Positions 39,617-48,919 of a stretch of 64,000 nucleotides of DNA are shown piece by piece. The stretch lies in contig NVQL02000076.1 of NCBI GenBank assembly GCA_002400495.2, positions 8,722 through 72,721 of the forward strand. The letters are read 5' to 3'. Both the position numbers and the translations under genes were made by a program. This DNA comes from Alphaproteobacteria bacterium (lineage in GTDB: Bacteria > Pseudomonadota > Alphaproteobacteria > Rhizobiales > OSC116). Every line of letters starts with the position of its first letter. The first letter of the stretch is position 1. Under the pieces are notes generated by a model, which worked only from the letters and a program-made list of their open reading frames with translations, had not been told where the DNA came from and ran no database searches.

Positions 39617-40585
39617 ATGGCGAACCCAACTTTAAACAGTATTTTTGGCCAATTTGGTTTTTGGAAAAAGGCAGAAATGCCCGCGAAATTGGTAGATGAC
39701 TCGCCTTTGCGCGTGGTTGTCGGCTGTGGCACATCTTATAATTTAGCGCTTTCGGTGGCATCAGCACTTAATGCTGCGGGGTTTAGAGCCATTGATGTGC
39801 CTGCTGGTGAATGGATTGTGCGGCCCGAGGCATATGCGCCGCAACAAATGAGCGATATTGAAGTGATTGCTTTGTCGCGCAGTGGCGAAACCACTGAAAC
39901 TGTGCAAGCGGCTAAAATAAGCCAAACGCGCGGGCAAAAAGTGATTGGCATTACTTGTGAACCTGGCTCATCATTAAGTGCAGTATCTGATGTGAAGATT
40001 GAATTTGTAACCCATGCAGAAGAGGGCATTGTGATGACTTGCTCGGCCAGCCTTATGTTGTTGGCTGGTTATGCTTTGGCGGGCCTGAGAATTGATGATG
40101 AACTGGCACAGCGGGCTGAAAAATTGGTATCGGCGATAGATGCTGTGGCAGTTGGCGATTATGCGGGACGTACGCATTTTGTATTTTTGGGTGGCGGCGC
40201 AAATTACGGTGTGGCGTTGGAAGGCGCGCTTAAACTACAAGAAATGGCTATCTGTTATACGCAAGCGTTTCACCCTGGTGAATATCGGCATGGGCCAGTG
40301 AGTTTGGTTGATGAGCGCACTGCCATTATAATGCTTTACCATTCTGATACGGCTGAGGACGAAGCAGTTTTGGTGAAAGAATTACAGGCCAAAGGCGCTT
40401 GGGTGTTGGGGCTTGGTGGGGCAGGTGATGTCGAGTTGAATGTTGCAAGTGACGGCGACCTTGCGGGTGTAGAAATATTACCAGCACTACAATTATTGGG
40501 TGAGCGTTATGCCTTGGCGCATAATATTGATACGACCGCACCACGCCATTTAACCAAAGTTGTGATGTTGGAGGATGGCGAATGA
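39617..40585 (+). CDS. SIS-domain sugar-phosphate isomerase/deaminase (AgaS/GlmS-like)
   Basis: GCGTS, SRSGETTE, ALKLQE, EYRHGP and PRHLTKVV motifs. Confidence 0.88.
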   Translation: MANPTLNSIFGQFGFWKKAEMPAKLVDDSPLRVVVGCGTSYNLALSVASALNAAGFRAIDVPAGEWIVRPEAYAPQQMSDIEVIALSRSGETTETVQAAKISQTRGQKVIGITCEPGSSLSAVSDVKIEFVTHAEEGIVMTCSASLMLLAGYALAGLRIDDELAQRAEKLVSAIDAVAVGDYAGRTHFVFLGGGANYGVALEGALKLQEMAICYTQAFHPGEYRHGPVSLVDERTAIIMLYHSDTAEDEAVLVKELQAKGAWVLGLGGAGDVELNVASDGDLAGVEILPALQLLGERYALAHNIDTTAPRHLTKVVMLEDGE

Positions 40586-41871
40586 ACCAAGCGTTACAAT
40601 ATTTACTTGATTTGCCAGAGCAGCATAATGATGGAGCTGCCCGCGGCATAACATCGGTTTGCAGCGCGCACCCTCTGGTGATTGAAGCGGCTTTAATAGA
40701 AGCGGCTGCAAATAATAGTGTGGCTCTGATTGAAGCAACTTGTAATCAAGTGAACCAAGATGGTGGTTATACGGGTATGCAACCACAAGATTTTAAAGAT
40801 TTTGTGCTAAAAATTGCTAAAAATATAGGGTTTGCGCATGATAATATTTTATTTGGCGGCGATCATTTAGGCCCCAACCCTTGGCGGCATTTAAAGGCTG
40901 ATGAGGCGATGGCAAAGGCCATTGATATGACGGCGGCTTATGCTGCGGCAGGTTTTTCGAAGATTTATTTGGATGCTAGCATGGCTTGCGCCGATGATGA
41001 AAACCCATTGCCAGCGGCAACAATCGCTGAACGTGCTGTTGAACTGGCTGCTTCGGCTGAAGTTACTGCACGGGTTCATGGGCATCCTTTGCCAGCTTAT
41101 ATTATTGGCACTGAAGTGCCAGTGCCAGGTGGTGCATCTGAAGAATTGGATGTGTTAGAGGTGACGACATCCATTAGTGCAACTGAAACATTGTCTCTAC
41201 ATAAGGCAGCTTTTGCGGCAGCAGGGTTAGAAAATGCATTTGCGCGCTCAATCGGTTTGGTTGTGCAGCCTGGGGTTGAGTTTGGCCATGCCAATGTCAT
41301 TCATTTTAAAGTATTCGACGCGCAATTATTATCCGCATGGCGTCCACTAAACCTAAATATTGTGTTTGAAGCGCATTCGACTGATTATCAAACCGCGCAA
41401 GCATTGAGAGAACTGGTTGCTGGTGGTTTTGCTATTCTTAAAGTTGGCCCTGGGCTGACATCTGCTTTGCGTGAGGCTTATTATGGGCTTGACCAAATTG
41501 CGGGTATTGTTTGTAATGGTTATGAAGCGGGCACATTGCCTGCTAAAATGGAACAAATTATGCTGAATCGGCCAGAATATTGGCAGGATTATTATGAGGG
41601 CACTGCGGCAGAAAAATATGTACAGCGCCATTATAGCTATAGTGACCGCATTCGATATTATTGGACAGATGCCGATGCGTTGCAAGCGGTGGATCGGTTA
41701 TTTGCTGCGTTGGATGGAGTCGTAATTGCTGAAACATTGATTAGCCAATATCTACCGCGCCAATATGCGGATATGGCTATAAATGGTGAGGAGGCTAGTG
41801 CAAAAAGCCTGGTTATTGCGGCTGTACGCACGGTGTTGAGCGGTTATTCGGAGGCGTGTGATTTTGATTAG
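40582..41871 (+). CDS. GatZ/KbaZ-family protein (tagatose-6-phosphate 4-epimerase-like)
   Basis: SVCSAHP, EATCNQVNQDGGYTG, GGDHLGP, GTEVPVPGG, FEAHSTDYQ and SDRIRYYW motifs. Confidence 0.9.
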   Translation: MNQALQYLLDLPEQHNDGAARGITSVCSAHPLVIEAALIEAAANNSVALIEATCNQVNQDGGYTGMQPQDFKDFVLKIAKNIGFAHDNILFGGDHLGPNPWRHLKADEAMAKAIDMTAAYAAAGFSKIYLDASMACADDENPLPAATIAERAVELAASAEVTARVHGHPLPAYIIGTEVPVPGGASEELDVLEVTTSISATETLSLHKAAFAAAGLENAFARSIGLVVQPGVEFGHANVIHFKVFDAQLLSAWRPLNLNIVFEAHSTDYQTAQALRELVAGGFAILKVGPGLTSALREAYYGLDQIAGIVCNGYEAGTLPAKMEQIMLNRPEYWQDYYEGTAAEKYVQRHYSYSDRIRYYWTDADALQAVDRLFAALDGVVIAETLISQYLPRQYADMAINGEEASAKSLVIAAVRTVLSGYSEACDFD

Positions 41872-42628
41872 TAATCGTCAGGACATGATCCGCAATTATT
41901 TGTTTGAAAAAGGCCAAACGCCGGTTCAAACCTTAGCTGATGTTTTGGGCGCTTCTTTGGCGACAGTGCGCCGTGATTTGGCTGAAATGGAACAAGCAGG
42001 CTCTATTGAGCGTTTGCATGGTTCGGCTAGAATCGCTAGTGGCGCTCAAGATGAGGTGGCTTTTGATGCGCGCGAAAGCGCCAACTTGCTGGCCAAGCGA
42101 GCGATTGCTTCAGAGGCAGCAAAAAACATAATTGCCGGCAGTACGATATTTTTAGATGCGGGTACGACGGTATTGCAATTGGCAAAGCGTATAAAATTGC
42201 TGGGCATGCCGTTGACGGTGTTTACCAATGGGGTGGTTGTGGCGCAGGAATTGGCGTATATCCCTGAAATTTCGGTAAATTTATTAGGTGGACGCATTCG
42301 GCCAGAAAATATGTCAATTGTCGGGCCATTGGCAGAACGGATGATTGATGACTTGTGGTTTGATCAGTTGTTTTTGGGCGCGAGTGCAATTGCTGATGAT
42401 GGCTGGTTGTCTAGCTATGATGCGGATGAAGCGCGACTGAATGCCTGCATGACAAAGCGCGCTCAAAGCGTCTATATTTTGGCTGATGGTGACAAATTTA
42501 GCAGCCGTGCCACATATAATGTTTTTTGCTTGTCGAATGCTATGAAATTAATCACTGATGTTGCACCCAATCAGGCGTTTGGGAGCTTTGCTCAAAAGGC
42601 AGATTTGGACATTATTTACGCGGAATAA
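41858..42628 (+). CDS. DeoR/GlpR-family regulator
   Basis: SLATVRRDL HTH, IFLDAGTT and LLGG motifs. Confidence 0.92.
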   Translation: MILISNRQDMIRNYLFEKGQTPVQTLADVLGASLATVRRDLAEMEQAGSIERLHGSARIASGAQDEVAFDARESANLLAKRAIASEAAKNIIAGSTIFLDAGTTVLQLAKRIKLLGMPLTVFTNGVVVAQELAYIPEISVNLLGGRIRPENMSIVGPLAERMIDDLWFDQLFLGASAIADDGWLSSYDADEARLNACMTKRAQSVYILADGDKFSSRATYNVFCLSNAMKLITDVAPNQAFGSFAQKADLDIIYAE

Positions 42629-43499
42629 GACCTTGTATGGTTTGTTTGGCTGTGCGGTTTGTGTCACGGGTTTGGCGGGTTTCGTTGCCAAAGGGGGACG
42701 CATCCAAAATCTGCATCATGTCTGCGGCGGCGAGATGAAAACCATTTGGCACACCGACTGACTCAAAAGTTTGAGCTATTTCACGCATTTCTGGCGCCCA
42801 ACGCCCTGCATCTGCAGGCAGGCGCTGAATGTTGGTGGTGGCGCGGATGAAAGTCTCATTTTGGCTGGATTCTAGTTCGGCCAATAATTCATCTAACAGG
42901 CCAAGATTATCGGCGGTTAAAAGTGCGCCTGCTAGTAGGCTGTTGATGCCTTTGGTGATGGCAGCATAGCTCATTTTCATGCCTGAGGCACGGCCAACTT
43001 CATCACCAAGTTGTTTGATTTGAAAAGCCGCGCCCGCCGTTTGGTTGAGCTGTTGGCAATCGGCGCCTGATACATAAAGACAAGGCAAATAGGGTTTATT
43101 ACGGTTGACCAGTGGTGGCCCGCCTATAATACCTGCGTCGACAAATTTAACATCGCTGTCATTAAACAGCTCGGCGATTTCTCGTGTGTGATCTGGCGAG
43201 ATGGCGTTGCATTCGACATAGGTGAATTTAAGGTGCGAGGCTTTGGCTTGTTCTGCCACCTGTGTGGCCAATTCGGTGGCCAAAGCGGGCGGTACGATTG
43301 ATAGGAAAATCTGGCAATCTGATAGCAGGCTTTCAAGATTTGGGCAGTCTTGCATTTGGGCTTGTTTGGCGCGCTCTAGGGTTTCGGGGCTGCGGCCTGT
43401 TAATATTGTGGTGATTTCATAACCTGCATTTGTATATGCTGCGGCAACGCCTGCGCCCATTACGCCCGCTGAAATGATGGAAATTGTTGGCTTGGTCAT
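42612..43499 (-). CDS. NAD(P)-dependent oxidoreductase (6PGD/HIBADH-like, DUF1932)
   Basis: SAGVMG, CNAISP, DAGIIGGPP, ASGMKMSYA and RWAPEMREIA motifs. Confidence 0.85.
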   Translation of the reverse strand: MTKPTISIISAGVMGAGVAAAYTNAGYEITTILTGRSPETLERAKQAQMQDCPNLESLLSDCQIFLSIVPPALATELATQVAEQAKASHLKFTYVECNAISPDHTREIAELFNDSDVKFVDAGIIGGPPLVNRNKPYLPCLYVSGADCQQLNQTAGAAFQIKQLGDEVGRASGMKMSYAAITKGINSLLAGALLTADNLGLLDELLAELESSQNETFIRATTNIQRLPADAGRWAPEMREIAQTFESVGVPNGFHLAAADMMQILDASPFGNETRQTRDTNRTAKQTIQGLIPRK

Positions 43500-43508
43500 G
43501 GTGTTTCC

Positions 43509-44360
43509 TTAAATGTCTTTAATAAAATCGGCATAGGCATCGGCATAATCTGGGTGCCAGCGTGATAGAGGTGGGCGATTTTTGATGATGTCATCTGCCG
43601 CCCAGCGCATGCGTAATTCATCTAGTGGGCGTTTTACATCATTGTCGGGGCAGAGAATGTAGAAATCGCCTTTTTCTAAGCTGGCGATCATGAATTCGGT
43701 AATTTGTTCTGGCAGCCACGCGTCGTCTGGAAGCTCGGTGCGGCCCGGGCAGGAGAGTGGGGTATATACAAAGCCTGGGATGAGCAAATGGGCGCTGATA
43801 TTCGCGCCGTCTGTATTGCGAAATTCATGTTGCAGAGCTTCGGTAAAGGAAATAACGCCGCTTTTGGCGACATTATAAGCAGGGTCACCTGGCGGTGTGG
43901 TGATGCCTTGTTTTGAGCCTGTATTGATGATCAAGCAAGGCCCTTTGCGTTTGAGCATATTGGGTGCGAAAACATGGCAGCCATTGATAACCCCATGTAA
44001 ATTGACATCTAATATACGTTGCCATGTTTGGCTTTTGTTGAGCATATCGCTTCCGGGTTGAACGGCGGCGTTATTCATAAGAATGTCTGTGCCGCCAAAT
44101 CGTTGTTGAACGGCAGCTTCTAAGGCGATTAAATCATCCATTTTACTGACATCGGTTTCGTGTGCCATGACATTATCCGCGCCTTTTGCGGAGGTGGCTG
44201 CAACGGTTTTTACGGCTTGGGCTAACCGATCAGCGCCTATGTCGGCAATGACAACATTTAAGCCCATTTTGGCAAATTGCACGGCGGTGGCCAAGCCAAT
44301 GCCTGATGCGCTGCCTGTGATAACGGCTGTAGAACCAGAAGATAGAGCAGGATGAGTCAT
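43509..44360 (-). CDS. Short-chain dehydrogenase/reductase
   Basis: TGSASGIG, NNA, TGSKQG and YNVAK motifs. Confidence 0.92.
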   Translation of the reverse strand: MTHPALSSGSTAVITGSASGIGLATAVQFAKMGLNVVIADIGADRLAQAVKTVAATSAKGADNVMAHETDVSKMDDLIALEAAVQQRFGGTDILMNNAAVQPGSDMLNKSQTWQRILDVNLHGVINGCHVFAPNMLKRKGPCLIINTGSKQGITTPPGDPAYNVAKSGVISFTEALQHEFRNTDGANISAHLLIPGFVYTPLSCPGRTELPDDAWLPEQITEFMIASLEKGDFYILCPDNDVKRPLDELRMRWAADDIIKNRPPLSRWHPDYADAYADFIKDI

Positions 44361-44474
44361 GAGTTTTCCAATCAGATAGTATAATTTAAGAATTATTGTA
44401 AAATAACATAAATAATAGACATCTGAAAGGTGAATTAACGTTAATCTTGCGGGTTTTTAACTTGGGTGAACGGT

Positions 44475-45386
44475 TTAAGACTTATACTGCGCGCCTATAG
44501 TGCCTAAATAGATGGCATATAGACTGGTAGAAGCGGTGATGAATAAGCGGTTGCCTTTGGGGCCACCAAACTCGACATTGGCGACAAGCTCGCCGATGGG
44601 AATTTCGCCAATTAAGCCGCCATCTGGGGCAAAACATTGCACTGATTTGCCTGCGCTGGTCCAGACATTGCCATTGACATCGAGCCTGAAACCATCGGAT
44701 AAACCGTTTTCAATATGGGTGAAAACACTGCCATTGGCGAGTGTTTTGCCATCTATAACGTCGAATTTTCTGATATATTTGGGGCAACTGTCATTATGGG
44801 TGTTGCCAGTGTCGGAGATGTATAGAATTGTTTCATCGGGCGAGAATGCCAAACCATTTGGTTTGTCGAAATCATCGGCGACCACAGTTAGCTCATTTGT
44901 TTGTGGGTCGAGCCTGAAAACGAAGCAGCCTGCTTGTTCTTGGTCGGCTGTTTTGCCTTCGTAATCGGTTAAAATGCCATAAGGTGGGTCGGTGAACCAT
45001 ATGGTGTCATCGGATTTTACGACCACATCATTGGGTGAGTTGAAGCGTTTGCCTTCAAATTGATCGGCCAAAATTGTGATGCTGCCATCATGCTCGGTGC
45101 GGGTGACGCGGCGGGCTAGATGCTCGCAAGTGATTAAGCGGCCTTGCAAATCTCGGGTGTTGCCATTGCTGTTGTTGGATGGATTGCGAAACACGCGGCT
45201 GCCTGCATCTGGTGTCCATTGATGCATAACATTGCTTGGCACATCGCTATAAAGCAGATAATCACCATGCGGAAAATAAACAGGGCCTTCGCCCCACAAC
45301 ATGCCAGTGGCTAATTTTTCTAAGTTTGCGGTTGGTAGATAGAGGCCTACAAAACGCTCATCGTGAATGATTATACTGTCTGACAC
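44475..45386 (-). CDS. SMP-30/gluconolactonase family protein
   Basis: WGEGP, NSPNDVVV, FTDPPYG, PNGLAFSPD and SDG motifs; start moved to GTG 45386. Confidence 0.9.
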   Translation of the reverse strand: MSDSIIIHDERFVGLYLPTANLEKLATGMLWGEGPVYFPHGDYLLYSDVPSNVMHQWTPDAGSRVFRNPSNNSNGNTRDLQGRLITCEHLARRVTRTEHDGSITILADQFEGKRFNSPNDVVVKSDDTIWFTDPPYGILTDYEGKTADQEQAGCFVFRLDPQTNELTVVADDFDKPNGLAFSPDETILYISDTGNTHNDSCPKYIRKFDVIDGKTLANGSVFTHIENGLSDGFRLDVNGNVWTSAGKSVQCFAPDGGLIGEIPIGELVANVEFGGPKGNRLFITASTSLYAIYLGTIGAQYKS

Positions 45387-45487
45387 ATTATTCTCGCTTT
45401 TATTTTGGTTGATAAAACAATATGCGGATTTATTCAATTGTATGCCTGAATAGCCTGATTGTTGATGCAGCTAATTGCAAAAGACAC

Positions 45488-45502
45488 TGCGGGTATCCGC
45501 AT
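45488..45502. promoter_or_regulatory. Palindromic operator copy 1 (TGCGG-N4-CCGCA)
   Basis: GCGGGTATCCGCAT, identical to 47572-47585. Confidence 0.65.
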
Positions 45503-45591
45503 GAAGTATAGCGGAAAATTGCTTTTTTAATATGTAAATCCCCTTCTTTGTTGAGCTTAACTGTGTATGATGGTTTTGAGGATTATCATCT

Positions 45592-46818
45592 ATGGACAGT
45601 TTGAATAAAGACGCTTTGTTAGACCGTGTATTGGCAATTTCGCATGCCATTGCAGGGCAGTTAGATTACCAAAGCGTGCTGCGTCAAGTGGCGGGCGAAA
45701 TATATGAATTGTTTGAATTTGACCATGTGGATGTGGCAATTATTAACCCAAGTGGCATAGATTTTACGGTTTATGAAGTGGGTATGGAGACGGAGTGGGG
45801 ACGTAATATTAAAGGCAATCATACGATTGTTAACAGTCCTGTGCGTTCGGTATTGCTAGGTGAATTGCCGTTTTTATTGACTGATGATGCGTTGATTGAT
45901 GAGAGGTTTCATTTTGAAGGGGCGTTTGACTCGCCGATTTTTGAAGCCGCGTTGCATAGCCGCATCATTGTGCCGCTGCATGCACATGGTTCATTGTTGG
46001 GCACATTAAATATTAGTAACAAACAGAAGCAAAAATATAACCAGACCGATGTGACTGTTGCCAATTATATTGCGGATTTATTGGCGACTTACTTTTTTGC
46101 TGTCTCACAAGGCGAGGAAGCCAAAGCCGCGGTGATTGCTGAAAACCAAGCTTTGAACCGTGAGAATATGTTGCGTATTGGCGCGTTGCGGCTTACCGAA
46201 GGTATGGAGCAAGAAAGAAAGCGCATTGGTATGGATTTGCACGACCAAACCTTGGCCGATTTAACCCGCACCGTGCGACATATATCGCGCTTACGGCGGC
46301 GCGAGGAGGTGAATGTGCATGATTTGGCATTGCTGGAAGATGAAATTGATACCTGCCTTAAAGAATTGCGTAACATTATTGAAGATACCAAGCCTGGCGT
46401 GTTAGAATTATTTGGCCTGTCGCAAGCCATTGAAGCGCAATTGTTGCGCGCGGTGGCGGGTATAAGGCCGTCTATTTCGATTGGCGTTATTGACAAAACT
46501 GAGGCATATTTAGATGCGGCTGATGAATCGCTGCAAACCACGATATTTAGGATTGTGCAAGAAGCTATTAACAATGCAGTAAAGCATAGCCGACCAACCT
46601 ATTTAAAGGTGGAAATGTCAAAGACCGAAACTGGCGCACGGATAGAGATTATGGATGATGGTGCGGGCATAGATAATGATGCTGATATGACAAGCGGCGG
46701 TTTGGGCAATATGAATGTGCGGGCTGCGTTAATTTCGGCAGAAATATCTTTTTTGCCAGTTAAGGCTGGTGGTACGCATGTGGTGTTAGACATTCCGTTT
46801 GAAGCGGTGGTTCAGTGA
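45592..46818 (+). CDS. Soluble GAF-domain histidine kinase (HisKA_3 type)
   Basis: ERKRIGMDLHD H-box, QEAINNAVKH N-box, DDGAG, GGLGNM; no TM segment evident. Confidence 0.9.
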   Translation: MDSLNKDALLDRVLAISHAIAGQLDYQSVLRQVAGEIYELFEFDHVDVAIINPSGIDFTVYEVGMETEWGRNIKGNHTIVNSPVRSVLLGELPFLLTDDALIDERFHFEGAFDSPIFEAALHSRIIVPLHAHGSLLGTLNISNKQKQKYNQTDVTVANYIADLLATYFFAVSQGEEAKAAVIAENQALNRENMLRIGALRLTEGMEQERKRIGMDLHDQTLADLTRTVRHISRLRRREEVNVHDLALLEDEIDTCLKELRNIIEDTKPGVLELFGLSQAIEAQLLRAVAGIRPSISIGVIDKTEAYLDAADESLQTTIFRIVQEAINNAVKHSRPTYLKVEMSKTETGARIEIMDDGAGIDNDADMTSGGLGNMNVRAALISAEISFLPVKAGGTHVVLDIPFEAVVQ

Positions 46819-46838
46819 ATGAGTGAGAAGAGGGATTT

Positions 46839-47564
46839 ATGGATATATTGATAACAGAAGATGATGCTTTGCATCGCTCGTTTTTACGTGGTGCGGTGGA
46901 GAATGCTTTGCCTGAGCTGGATCGGATTTTTGAGGCCGATGATGGTGATGTCGCGATTGATATTATTAAGAAAAATAGTACAAATTTCGTGGTGATGGAT
47001 TTGCAGATGGAGCGCACCAGTGGGGTTGAGGCGGCCAAGGAAATTTGGCGGTTAGAGCCTGATACACGGATATTATTTTGGTCTAATTATTCGGATGAAG
47101 CCTATGTGCGCGGTATTGCGCGGATTGTGCCTAAAGGTGCCGTTTATGGTTATTTGCTGAAATCGGCCAGTGAAGAAAGCCTAGAGCTAGCGGTGCGCGG
47201 CGTGTTTTTGCAGGATCAATGCATTATCGACCGCGAAGTGCGGGGCGTGCAATTGCGCACGGAGAATCGTTTAGAGGGTTTGACGGATGCTGAATTTGAA
47301 GTGTTGCATGACATTGCGCTTGGCCTGACAGATAAGATGATTGCGTCGATGCGCAAAATGTCGACACGTGGTGTACAGGGGCGGTTGAAACATCTTTATG
47401 ATAAATTGGGCTTGGACGCTAAGAATAATGACCCAGAGCTGGGGCCGATTTATAATTCGCGCACCCGTGCGGTGGCGATTGCATTGTCACGTGGCTTGCT
47501 GAATGTCGAAGGCATTGCCGCCAAACAAGAAAATCTTGATAAGTGGTTGCTGCAGAATAAATAG
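46839..47564 (+). CDS. NarL/LuxR-type response regulator
   Basis: EDD, MDLQM and GYLLK receiver motifs; LTDAEFEVL...GLTDKMIA HTH. Confidence 0.9.
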   Translation: MDILITEDDALHRSFLRGAVENALPELDRIFEADDGDVAIDIIKKNSTNFVVMDLQMERTSGVEAAKEIWRLEPDTRILFWSNYSDEAYVRGIARIVPKGAVYGYLLKSASEESLELAVRGVFLQDQCIIDREVRGVQLRTENRLEGLTDAEFEVLHDIALGLTDKMIASMRKMSTRGVQGRLKHLYDKLGLDAKNNDPELGPIYNSRTRAVAIALSRGLLNVEGIAAKQENLDKWLLQNK

Positions 47565-47571
47565 AGCAGAA

Positions 47572-47585
47572 GCGGGTATCCGCAT
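47572..47585. promoter_or_regulatory. Palindromic operator copy 2
   Basis: GCGGGTATCCGCAT upstream of the ABC operon. Confidence 0.65.
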
Positions 47586-47705
47586 ATTCATAGGTAAATT
47601 GACGCAGTGCAAATGCGCGTGGTGCGGTATATTTTTTGGCGGGAAGAATTAATCTATGTCCACGGTTGAGGGATCGTATGAAATTATAAACGAGGGAGAA
47701 GATTT

Positions 47706-48839
47706 ATGAAAAATTTATTGAAATCAAGCGTTGTTGGTTTGGCATTATGTGCCAGCCTTGGCGTCACAGGTGTCGCTTTTGCTGGCCCTACATATGTTGA
47801 TGGTCCAGGCGCTTTGCCTGCTTGCTTTACACCATGGGCAGAAGATACCAAATTTATGCAATGGGAAAAGAAAGAAGGCCCATTTAAAGTGGCTGTGGTC
47901 AACGGTTTTGTTGGCAATAGTTGGCGCATTCAAATGGTGCAAACTGCCAAAGCTTATGTTGAACAGCCTGAAATTGCATCGCAAATTTCAGAGTTTAAAA
48001 TTGTATCTACGGGTACTGATGCCGCTGCACAATTGGGCGCGATTGAAGATTTTATCAACCAAGGTTATGACGCGATTATTACCATTGCGGTGAGCCCAAC
48101 TGGTTTTGATCGGGCGATTAGAATTGCTGATCGTAATGATGTGGTTTTGGTGCCGTTTGATAACATTCTGGACACTGAAGCGGTGATGATGGTCAACGAA
48201 GATCAGCTTTTGATGGGTGAAATGGCCGCTAATCATTTGATTAAACATATTGGTAATTCAGGTAAAATCCTTGAAGTGCGTGGTTTGGCTGGTAACTCAG
48301 TTGACCGTGATCGTCATTTAGGTTTCCGCAAAATTATGGAAGCTGCTGGCAATGAATTTGAAATCATTGAAGTGGTTGGTAACTGGGATGATGGACAAGC
48401 GCAAAAAGTAACTTCTGATGCGTTGGCTGTGCATGGTTCTTTTGATGCTGTGTTCACACAAGGCGGCTCTACCGGTACAGTGCGGGCGTTTATGGAGGCT
48501 GGTCATAAGTTTGTGCCAACTGCTGGTGAAGCTGAAAATGGTTTCCGTAAATTAATTGCTTTGCATTCAGATGAAGGCCTAAAAGGCTTGTCAATGGGGC
48601 AAACTCCTGGTTTGGGTGCTATATCTATTAAAGCGGCTTTGTCGGCTCTAAATGGCGAAGTGATGCCGCAATTGATCTCTGTGCCAATCCCGTTTGCGGA
48701 TTATAACACTTTGGTGGATGGCGAGAATTTCTGGTCAGACCTTTCTGATAACTTCTTCACTGCCAATGAATTCCCACCTTGTGACGTGAATATTTCGGCG
48801 ATTGAAATTATGGCACAAAGCAAAGATGATTCTCAGTAA
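47706..48839 (+). CDS. Sugar ABC substrate-binding protein
   Basis: Signal peptide; GNSWRIQM and GYDAII; GAGGGAG RBS. Confidence 0.9.
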   Translation: MKNLLKSSVVGLALCASLGVTGVAFAGPTYVDGPGALPACFTPWAEDTKFMQWEKKEGPFKVAVVNGFVGNSWRIQMVQTAKAYVEQPEIASQISEFKIVSTGTDAAAQLGAIEDFINQGYDAIITIAVSPTGFDRAIRIADRNDVVLVPFDNILDTEAVMMVNEDQLLMGEMAANHLIKHIGNSGKILEVRGLAGNSVDRDRHLGFRKIMEAAGNEFEIIEVVGNWDDGQAQKVTSDALAVHGSFDAVFTQGGSTGTVRAFMEAGHKFVPTAGEAENGFRKLIALHSDEGLKGLSMGQTPGLGAISIKAALSALNGEVMPQLISVPIPFADYNTLVDGENFWSDLSDNFFTANEFPPCDVNISAIEIMAQSKDDSQ

Positions 48840-48860
48840 TCTAACACTCTCCTTAGAACG

Positions 48861-48887
48861 CACGACCAGCTTTAACGGCTGGTCGTG
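48861..48887 (+). other. Hairpin after the SBP gene (mRNA stabiliser/terminator)
   Basis: CACGACCAGC-N7-GCTGGTCGTG 10-bp perfect stem. Confidence 0.6.
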
Positions 48888-48919
48888 TTAATTATTTGCA
48901 TATCACCGAGACTTTATAA

